Shown piece after piece: positions 51,557 through 58,966 of a stretch of DNA of 58,966 nucleotides. Position numbers and translations under genes: made by a program. Positions within the stretch are counted from its first letter, which is position 1, and every line of letters starts with the position of its first letter. The notes beneath the pieces are model-generated. The model worked only from the letters and a program-made list of their open reading frames with translations, searched no databases and was not told the DNA's origin. The stretch is taken from positions 1 through 58,966 of the forward strand of contig JAFGML010000035.1 of NCBI GenBank assembly GCA_016927555.1. Reading direction: 5' to 3'. Source of the DNA: Thermoplasmatota archaeon (GTDB lineage Archaea; Thermoplasmatota; E2; DHVEG-1).

Positions 51557-52591
51557 ATGCGGGAGCTAGCCACCTTAGCAAAATATCCGTTTCTACACGA
51601 CACCAGAGAGTACATCAAAGACTACGGCCCAACCATCCCAGAACTCCTCCACGAGCCACCGTTCGAGCGCGCACGACTCATCGGCATCCAACGACTCGAC
51701 AACGCCCTGAAACACCGGGATGTCGGCGTCCGCAGCCTTGCCAACGACACCGACTGCATCATGGAGATCCTCTCGTACCCAATCGCACGGATGGTCGCCG
51801 TCTGCATCGGTGATTCCTTCTTCAATAAACGCTACGCGCTCAGCGAGGCGTACCACGCCTACAGCAGTCTGCTCACTGAACCACCCGGCTTTGTTCTCTC
51901 TGTCGCACACGAACTCAAGCTGAACGTCTCCCACGACACAGAAAAAAACAGTATGAGCATCTACTTCAAAGACTACCTGCGCAACGCACCCACCCGCTAC
52001 AAAGAATGGAAAATGGTGAACCGCGGCGTCAAAGCAGGGTACCTTAGTATTTCTCAGAAGGATCTCGCTCGACTCCTCCTCGAATCTCTCAGAGAGCGCC
52101 TCAACCAGGAGCTCCTCGAGAGAGGTTGTGACCACACCGTGTCTGAGGTCTTCTCTGCTGACATCCACCGCATCCAAAACATACTTGCGATGCAGAAGGA
52201 AAAAACAGAGGCCACACCCTTCGGCACACTCGCTATAGAGAAACTCCCACCCTGCATGAAAGACATCGTCTCCGCGATTCAATCCGGTGAAAACGTCCCT
52301 CACATGGGCAGATTCGCCCTGGTTGCCTTCCTCAACTCCCTCAAACTCACTCCCTCAGAGGTTTTGAAATTGTTCAGTACCGCACCAGACTACCAAGAAG
52401 ACAAGACACGCTACCAAGTCGAACATATCACTGGGGCATCCTCGGCCACCAGATATAAATGCCCGGGGTGTGACAAGATGCGGACCTATGGGATTTGCCC
52501 GGTGGAGAAAATGGATGACCTCTGCAGGAAGATACGACACCCACTGAGTTACTACACCACCAAGTGGAGGCAGGAGAAACGAAAACCATGA
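51557..52591 (+). CDS. priL: DNA primase large subunit
   Basis: AKYPFL, WKMVNR, PPCM, PHMGRF, TRYQVEHI, C-terminal Fe-S Cys residues. Confidence 0.95.
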   Translation: MRELATLAKYPFLHDTREYIKDYGPTIPELLHEPPFERARLIGIQRLDNALKHRDVGVRSLANDTDCIMEILSYPIARMVAVCIGDSFFNKRYALSEAYHAYSSLLTEPPGFVLSVAHELKLNVSHDTEKNSMSIYFKDYLRNAPTRYKEWKMVNRGVKAGYLSISQKDLARLLLESLRERLNQELLERGCDHTVSEVFSADIHRIQNILAMQKEKTEATPFGTLAIEKLPPCMKDIVSAIQSGENVPHMGRFALVAFLNSLKLTPSEVLKLFSTAPDYQEDKTRYQVEHITGASSATRYKCPGCDKMRTYGICPVEKMDDLCRKIRHPLSYYTTKWRQEKRKP

Positions 52592-53175
52592 AGAACTTCA
52601 TCACCTTTGAAGGCATCGACGGCTCAGGAAAATCCACCGTCTCAAAGCTTGTCGCAGAGAAACTCAAGGCTGCAGGCTACCCCGCCGTCTGGACGTTTGA
52701 GCCTACAGATTCCAAGGTAGGACAGTTCGTCCAAGACTGCATTCGATCGCACTCTGACCCGTTTGTCACGTCGTTTACCTTCATCGCCGACCGCATCCAG
52801 CACTGCAAAGCAATCACTCAGTGGATGCAGGAGGGCACGGTAGTACTCTGTGACCGGTACGCAGAGTCCACGTATGCGTACCAGGCAGCCCAGCTCGAAG
52901 ACACAATCAAGAACCCTTTGAAATGGCTCCAGGACCTCTCCAAAGACCGCATTCTCATCCCAGACCGCACGTTCCTCTTCGTCATCGACCCGAAAGCCTC
53001 GCTCGCACGCATTCAACACCGCGACGAGTTGATACCCTTTGAGCACCTTGCGTTCTTAGAAAAAGTCCATAACAACTACCTGACAGTATCAAAAGGAAAA
53101 CGATTCCTCCACCTCGATGCCACCAAATCCATTGATGAGCTGGTGACACTCTGCTACAACGATATCATAAAATGA
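52588..53175 (+). CDS. tmk: Thymidylate kinase
   Basis: FEGIDGSGKST, ADRIQH, DRY..STYAYQ. Confidence 0.95.
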   Translation: MKNFITFEGIDGSGKSTVSKLVAEKLKAAGYPAVWTFEPTDSKVGQFVQDCIRSHSDPFVTSFTFIADRIQHCKAITQWMQEGTVVLCDRYAESTYAYQAAQLEDTIKNPLKWLQDLSKDRILIPDRTFLFVIDPKASLARIQHRDELIPFEHLAFLEKVHNNYLTVSKGKRFLHLDATKSIDELVTLCYNDIIK

Positions 53176-53226
53176 CACGGCATGTACCACATACCAAAAA
53201 AAAAGATGCCCTACGATACCTTCAAA

Positions 53227-53379
53227 TTAGGTGTCCTCTTCCTCGTCGTCATCCTCGCTGTCAACTGCACCCTTCTGCAACGCAAGGTACCTGGCTCGCT
53301 GACCAACGATGAACAACTTGGCGATAAACGTGATTTCCGATGCCTCTTCTTTGCTGGAGACCTGTCCGACGATTAACAT
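53227..53379 (-). CDS. Putative 50-aa protein with acidic tail
   Basis: ATG about 30 nt downstream of a TATATA box; ends DSEDDDEEEDT. Confidence 0.4.
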   Translation of the reverse strand: MLIVGQVSSKEEASEITFIAKLFIVGQRARYLALQKGAVDSEDDDEEEDT

Positions 53380-53477
53380 AGTGATCAACACAAGGGTCTG
53401 CTTCCTGCGTATATACCCTTTGTTGTACAACCAGTACCATAAAAATAAAAACAAAAAAATAAAAAAAGACTACAGGA

Positions 53478-56354
53478 TTACATCCACGCGTCAAGGCCTT
53501 TCTGCTCAGTGGCAGCAATATCAGACAAGCCAAACGCACCCTGGATGTAATTCTCAATCATCTTCTTGTACCAGTCAAGGTCAATCTCACTTCTGTCCTT
53601 GACCAAGTCCACAGGGTACATGTAATCAATCGGTTTCACACCACTCTTCGACGGCTTCGAGATACCGGGCAACGGCTTCTTCGTCACCACAAACTTCATC
53701 TTCACCCGACTGCGGATCGGCTCACCAAGCAACTTTTCTAAAGCCTCAGCACGTTTCCCAAAAATCGATGCTGACCCATCTTGATTCAGCTTGTACCGCT
53801 TCTCCGGCTGCACCGCCTGAATCAGAATCAAATCATTCAAATCCACCTCTGAGAGATCCAACCGTGAGACGATCTCCCGTGTTTTACTTTTAATGCTGTT
53901 CTTCACCGCAGCACGCGCCTCTTCCTCTGCTTCCCACTGCGGATTCTCCTGCAGCACCGCCCGCATGATTTCATCAAGCACCTTCCGTGCGATGTTTGCT
54001 TTATCAGACCCTTTGAAGTTATTCCCTTTTGTGACCATCTCCATCAGACTATTTTTCGCATCAAAAATAAGGTAATTCTTATGTTTCACAAAGATCATCG
54101 CATCATGCTGCTCAGCTTCCAATTCAAACTCAGGGTACTTCAACTCCTGCTGCCATCTCTGGTTACAATGCTTGATTGCTTCTAACGCTACTTCTGGTTT
54201 TGTAATCCACGTATCCTCTTGTGAGGGAACCTGTACGCCGAGGGCTTTGGAAAATGCTGGGAGATTTCCCATGGAGCGGGAACATCCAAGGTAAATACCA
54301 TCCGTGTCTCCGTATACCACCCGGATATTCTTCTTATTCAGCACATCAAGTGTGTCAGCCAGAATCATCTGCCCTTTCGTGGTAATCGCCGCAGCACCCC
54401 ACAAGTTAAACTGCCTCCCTGTTATCGTCGGTGCTGCCAAGATGCCATGGGTCCCAGCATTGCGAGCACCCTTCATGCTCTGGTACATCATCTTCAACCG
54501 AGTGAGTTCGAGGTCATGAGATGTGCTTTTCGCTTGTTTTAGCTCCCATTTAATTTTCCCAATCATGTTCATGATACCGGTCATCGCACAGTTCACCACA
54601 CCAGGCTGCGAATCAATACGTACTCCAATCATGTACCCGGTATCCGCATAGGACTCCTGTGTGCTGATCTTTCGCCAGTTCACATTTCGGTTTGAAAAAA
54701 AAGTCTCAGGCAGCTTCTTGAGCCACACCCATGCATCCGGAGTCTCGGTTTTTGTTGCGAGTCGTACTGTGTCCGCCCCAATGTTCATTGCTTTCAATAT
54801 CGTAGGGTACATCGCACCGACGTCAGCGACCACGACATGGTACCAGGGGATGAAATGGGAATGCGCTTCTTTGTCTGGTTTGATGGTCATCCCACCAGGC
54901 ATGTGGTAGTTGACTACGTCCTCATCGTCCTCACCACGCACAAGCTCCTTGTATATCACCTGTGGGTACAGCACCCAGTCTGGCATCTCCTCTCCGTACT
55001 TCAGCACACGGACGAAATCCTTTGAGAGCTGCTCACGGCGCTTCTTCGCCAGACGCACAATCTCTTCTTTAGAAGATGGTGTACTAAAATCTTTCACCAA
55101 GGCCTGTGCTATGGATTTCACCCGGCAGATCGGCGGCATGATTTTTTTCTGAACCGCGCCACGCAGCAACGCCATGTGGTCCCACATGTTCACTGCACCC
55201 GAGGACATCAGCATGTCAAACGGCATGCAGGTGGTAAAGGACAGTGGCAGCGCCTGCTCTAGTAACTGCAATGATACACCGATTTGCTCTTGGACGTCCT
55301 GCTTGTTGTACACCAGTGTTTGTTCGTCCAGTTTAATCTGAGACGGTGACAGGTACACTCGGTCCTTTACAAGGACGTTGAGGAACGGTGCAAGGCTCTT
55401 GAGCCGATAATCATCCAGGTACGGGTAGAACTTCCGTGCCGCAAGGTACGTATCAAAGCTACACGGGTACATCTGGACGACCTCTGCACCCATGATCCCA
55501 AAGTGGAAGGATTTATCCTGCCGGCAGTACCGAGTGATGAAATCCTGCAAGGTGGTTCTCTCTTCACTCGAGAGTTGGTCGTGATTGTTTTTCAGTAGCC
55601 AGCTGATGCGATTCATGATGTGGACGTTGTCGAACCCGACGATGTTATGCCCGGTGATAATATCTGCTTCTTTTGCTAACGAACAGAACCGCAGGAGGTG
55701 CTGGAGTTCCTCATCAACGGTGCGGGCAAGGTGCTGGATGACCTCAACATCCTTCCAGTGCGCTGGGCTGTCTCTGATTTCAAAGCTGAACTCCTCGGTC
55801 TGAATGTTTTTCTGTGATTCAATAACGACATCGAAACTTGCATGACCTAGGATATCGATAGGGATGTGCGTCGTTCCCTCTTTGAACTGGGTTGTCTCAA
55901 TATCGTAGACCAGTACCTTCAGCTTTGTTTTCGCACCGTTGGTGTCAAACAACCATGCGGTGTCTGCTGCGGCAAGATCGACTAACGCCCGCTGGTGGTA
56001 CGGGATGTCATGCTCAGCGGTGTACAATCCTTGTTCGAAAAACAGAAAGTCACTGAGCTCTGGGACAAGGTACGATTCTTTGGTGTAGACTTTAAACACG
56101 GGTCGTGTCGTAGAAAAATCGCAGAAACTCCTGTAGGTTTCCAGCTCTCCAATCCCCGTGATCTTCGACAGCTTCGGATGCTCTGCTGAATTCTGCTCCC
56201 AGTAGTCCACAAACTTCTGACGCGCGGTCTCTGCGTTGTGTGATGATGGGGGAAACGCGAGGAAGTACGGCTGGTGACGCTCTGAGACGAGCTGGGGTTC
56301 TACCCCATGGTAGTACAGGTACGTTGGTGAGATGCCTACGAGTAGATGATGCAT
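53478..56354 (-). CDS. Divergent family B DNA polymerase with 3'-5' exonuclease and PIP box
   Basis: ExoI YDIET, ExoII HNIVGFD, ExoIII YNKQD; DVGAMYPT, K...N motif B variant, YGDTDG, KNY, KG; C-terminal QKGLDAW. Confidence 0.9.
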   Translation of the reverse strand: MHHLLVGISPTYLYYHGVEPQLVSERHQPYFLAFPPSSHNAETARQKFVDYWEQNSAEHPKLSKITGIGELETYRSFCDFSTTRPVFKVYTKESYLVPELSDFLFFEQGLYTAEHDIPYHQRALVDLAAADTAWLFDTNGAKTKLKVLVYDIETTQFKEGTTHIPIDILGHASFDVVIESQKNIQTEEFSFEIRDSPAHWKDVEVIQHLARTVDEELQHLLRFCSLAKEADIITGHNIVGFDNVHIMNRISWLLKNNHDQLSSEERTTLQDFITRYCRQDKSFHFGIMGAEVVQMYPCSFDTYLAARKFYPYLDDYRLKSLAPFLNVLVKDRVYLSPSQIKLDEQTLVYNKQDVQEQIGVSLQLLEQALPLSFTTCMPFDMLMSSGAVNMWDHMALLRGAVQKKIMPPICRVKSIAQALVKDFSTPSSKEEIVRLAKKRREQLSKDFVRVLKYGEEMPDWVLYPQVIYKELVRGEDDEDVVNYHMPGGMTIKPDKEAHSHFIPWYHVVVADVGAMYPTILKAMNIGADTVRLATKTETPDAWVWLKKLPETFFSNRNVNWRKISTQESYADTGYMIGVRIDSQPGVVNCAMTGIMNMIGKIKWELKQAKSTSHDLELTRLKMMYQSMKGARNAGTHGILAAPTITGRQFNLWGAAAITTKGQMILADTLDVLNKKNIRVVYGDTDGIYLGCSRSMGNLPAFSKALGVQVPSQEDTWITKPEVALEAIKHCNQRWQQELKYPEFELEAEQHDAMIFVKHKNYLIFDAKNSLMEMVTKGNNFKGSDKANIARKVLDEIMRAVLQENPQWEAEEEARAAVKNSIKSKTREIVSRLDLSEVDLNDLILIQAVQPEKRYKLNQDGSASIFGKRAEALEKLLGEPIRSRVKMKFVVTKKPLPGISKPSKSGVKPIDYMYPVDLVKDRSEIDLDWYKKMIENYIQGAFGLSDIAATEQKGLDAWM

Positions 56355-56463
56355 TGCTTCTTACTCCCCGACAGTGCTGTGTTTCACCCTAAACACATTG
56401 GGTGTACTTAAACCTTCGAATGAATCTTTATAAGAGAGGTATCTGATGTGTGCTGGTGATGCT

Positions 56464-57471
56464 ATGACAACACAGGTCGTCTTCTCCGATGAGTTCAACA
56501 AGCATGACACCGCGGATCACCCTGAGAACGCGGACCGGGTCTACGTCATGCTTGATGCCTTGGAACAGGCACCATTCTACCATGATCTTGAGATTATCGC
56601 CCCTGAGATGATTCCTGAGCAGCAGCTCTATGAGCTGCATTCCGCTGACATGATACAACGCATCAAAGACATCAGTGCACAAGGAGATTCTTGGATTGAT
56701 CTAGACACCTACGTGTGCGCAAAGGATTACGAAACCGCACGTCTGGCCGCAGGTGGTGTGGCACTCGCCTGCAGAAACGTCATGAGCGGAAACGCAGACA
56801 ACGCCTTTGCGTTGGTCCGTCCACCCGGCCACCATGCCTCCAGAGACAGGTCCATGGGCTTCTGCCTGTTCAACAACGCTGGGCTTGCTGCCCATGAGCA
56901 GACCAAGCATGGGAAACGTGTGCTCATCTTTGACCACGATGTGCACCATGGAAACGGCACCCAGTCGATGTTCTACGACCGCAACGACATCATGTACCAG
57001 TCCTTGCATTTATCACCGCACTACCCTGGAACAGGTACGATTAGTGAAGTAGGTGTGGGGAAAGGCGCGGGGTACAACCTCAATACACCCCTTGCCTTTG
57101 GTCATGATGATCGTGCGGTAACCCAGCTGCTTGATGAGGTGTTCATCCCGGTTGCTTCGCAGTTCAAACCACAGCTGATTCTCGTCTCCGTCGGCTATGA
57201 TGCCCATCACGCCGACCCGCTCGGTGGATTACACCTCACTGCGAATTTCTTTGGAGAACTCATCAAAAAACTCCAGACAGTACAACCAAAGATCGTCTGC
57301 ACCCTCGAGGGGGGGTACAACCTGCAGTGGATCGGCAAATGCTTTGTCTCTCAGATGGGTCAACTTGCTGGTCATCCAGTTCACTTTCAGGATGCAGTCA
57401 AGGGGAACGATGATGTCAGCACTCTCATTACTGCCTTAAAAAAAGAATTAGGAGCGTACTGGAAGCTTTAG
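56464..57471 (+). CDS. Histone deacetylase family protein
   Basis: HPE..R, RPPGHHA, GFCLFNN, DVHHGNGT, GYDAH..DPLG, LEGGY. Confidence 0.95.
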   Translation: MTTQVVFSDEFNKHDTADHPENADRVYVMLDALEQAPFYHDLEIIAPEMIPEQQLYELHSADMIQRIKDISAQGDSWIDLDTYVCAKDYETARLAAGGVALACRNVMSGNADNAFALVRPPGHHASRDRSMGFCLFNNAGLAAHEQTKHGKRVLIFDHDVHHGNGTQSMFYDRNDIMYQSLHLSPHYPGTGTISEVGVGKGAGYNLNTPLAFGHDDRAVTQLLDEVFIPVASQFKPQLILVSVGYDAHHADPLGGLHLTANFFGELIKKLQTVQPKIVCTLEGGYNLQWIGKCFVSQMGQLAGHPVHFQDAVKGNDDVSTLITALKKELGAYWKL

Positions 57472-57480
57472 GGGATCGGA

Positions 57481-57780
57481 TTAGTCAAAGATCATGCCCA
57501 TGCCGGTTGCAGCTGAATCCTCTTGCTCCTTTATTTTCTCGTCGATTACCTTCGCCTTTTTGTCAGGAAGCTTGGTCATCCCTAGTTCTTTTGCGAGTTC
57601 TTCTGCGCGTTTTATCCCTTCAACGCTTCCCTCGACTTTCAAGTAGGACACTGCTTCTTTGATGTCCAGGGAATTCGCATCGCGAATCACGATGCTCTGT
57701 CTGTTGACCACATCATCCTGCAACATGGTTTGTATTTTCCCTGTTTCTGCGGATTTCACTTCAAAGATGACATACGGCAC
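57481..57780 (-). CDS. Hypothetical protein
   Basis: GGTGA SD before the GTG start; plausible alpha/beta protein ending GMGMIFD. Confidence 0.75.
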   Translation of the reverse strand: MPYVIFEVKSAETGKIQTMLQDDVVNRQSIVIRDANSLDIKEAVSYLKVEGSVEGIKRAEELAKELGMTKLPDKKAKVIDEKIKEQEDSAATGMGMIFD

Positions 57781-57833
57781 AGCTTATCACCTTGCAGTTG
57801 CGGATAGAATCACTCTATTTAAATCTGCTCCTA

Positions 57834-58286
57834 CTAGAGCAACCGTCCGTCCTCATCGATTTCTTTGTTTCGAATCCGTGATGAAGAGATAGGCTGCTGG
57901 TCCTCGGCCAAAACAAAGGGAACACAGATGATCTGCAGTGGCGTTCTGCCGCTTTCCCTACGTTTCTTATTGATCTCCTCAGCAGTAGGCTGTGTCTCCG
58001 GGGAGACTATGATTACATCGAAAGCACCTGTTACTGCAGGGCCGTAGCGGTCATGGAGTGGCTGAATCGTCACTTGGTTCAGGGCGTGCAGGTCTTTGAG
58101 AAATCGCTGGAGGTCATGTTTGCGTTTCTCGAATGATGCTGTGATTCCTTTCTGTTTCGCGATGTCATCGTCTGTTACTCCGATAAAAACAGATCCAGTG
58201 CTGCCTGCAGCTTCCACGGCTATACGGAGCAGGGCTTTGTGTCCTCTGTGGAACGGATGGAACGTGCCACCAAGACAAACGCGCAT
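57834..58286 (-). CDS. coaD: Phosphopantetheine adenylyltransferase (archaeal)
   Basis: GGTFHPFHRGH, YGP, VSPET, IN..R, ISSSRIR. Confidence 0.92.
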   Translation of the reverse strand: MRVCLGGTFHPFHRGHKALLRIAVEAAGSTGSVFIGVTDDDIAKQKGITASFEKRKHDLQRFLKDLHALNQVTIQPLHDRYGPAVTGAFDVIIVSPETQPTAEEINKKRRESGRTPLQIICVPFVLAEDQQPISSSRIRNKEIDEDGRLL

Positions 58287-58378
58287 GTACGACTAATCGT
58301 ATGGACCTGCTTAAGGTTTTTCGATGAAGAAAACTATAAATCCTATGAAGGATTTCCTACTCTCAAGGTGTTGAGAGG

Positions 58379-58966
58379 ATGGAATCGAATTTCAAAGCAC
58401 TTGTACAACTCATTGTAATCACTCTGCTATTGACCGCAGGCGTAGGTGTATTCTCCTTTAGTTCTTCTCGAGCAGACAGTGTGATAGTGTATGTCAATAC
58501 AGCCTATCCCTATCCCACTGGCGATGGAACTGCAAACCGCCCCTACCGTACCATTCAACAAGGAATTGATGCGGCAAACCCCGGAGACAGTATCTATCTA
58601 TTCAAGGGATTATATAATGAGACATTGACAATCAACAAAGAAGTGACTATCCTGTCCGATGACCGAGAAAATACCACTATTTACTGGGGTGGGAAATCCA
58701 ATGCGTATCTCATTGAGATTACCGCCGATCTGGTGTCCCTCGAAGACCTCAACATCACTGACCCTTCAAACAAGATACGGACTGCCTTAATCCATGTCGT
58801 AGCGGATTATGCGCGTCTGGTGGGTGTTCGAGTGACGCATGGACGCAAATGGGGGGTCTATTTAGATGGATCAGATGATAACACCATAGGTTTCTCGCGG
58901 TTCGATAACAGTTCCAGCGATAGTATCCATGCTGTTGCATCCAGTAATAACGTCTTTACCAACAAC
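58379..58966 (+). CDS. Secreted right-handed beta-helix (NosD/pectin-lyase-like) protein, runs off the window end
   Basis: Manual translation: MESNFKALVQLIVITLLLTAG signal, then GDGTANRPYRTIQQGIDAANPGDSIYLFKGLYNE; absent from the ORF track because it has no stop. Confidence 0.8.
   Translation, partial: MESNFKALVQLIVITLLLTAGVGVFSFSSSRADSVIVYVNTAYPYPTGDGTANRPYRTIQQGIDAANPGDSIYLFKGLYNETLTINKEVTILSDDRENTTIYWGGKSNAYLIEITADLVSLEDLNITDPSNKIRTALIHVVADYARLVGVRVTHGRKWGVYLDGSDDNTIGFSRFDNSSSDSIHAVASSNNVFTNN

Noticed and set aside
53478-56354. Casposon, pipolin or provirus polymerase
   Set aside because: Flanked by housekeeping genes, carries a PIP box, and no Cas1, integrase, capsid gene or terminal repeats were seen

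Overview
Gene-dense archaeal chromosomal segment. The gene content suggests Thermoplasmatota, probably an anaerobic sediment lineage (inference). It holds two tRNAs (Pro-GGG and a CAT tRNA, probably Ile2) and about 55 CDS. Housekeeping genes include glyS, truD, Trm11-like, rnz, rps17e, priL, tmk, coaD, the ribB-ribL-ribC-ribH operon, PGI/PMI, PPi-type PFK and an Aeropyrum-type mevalonate cluster (mvk, UbiD, LpdD-like, AcnX large and small). Most unusual modules: (1) a CRISPR-less Cas4 split into two genes, each half with its own membrane anchor; (2) an operon of Fe-S/FAD oxidoreductase, LuxE, SCP2 and LuxC without luciferase; (3) a cluster of two nicotianamine-synthase-like genes, two UbiA prenyltransferases, a CrtC/lipocalin-like protein, an SDR and a B12 radical SAM enzyme; (4) CitF coupled to a citrate-synthase-fold citryl-CoA lyase with no CitD/CitE; (5) a family B polymerase with a rewritten motif B; (6) a split AASS-like LKR/SDH plus Lat lysine operon; (7) neighbouring genes that seem to start at ATT (ribB) and CTG (rps17e). 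All functional calls come from motif recognition by eye; no database searches were run.
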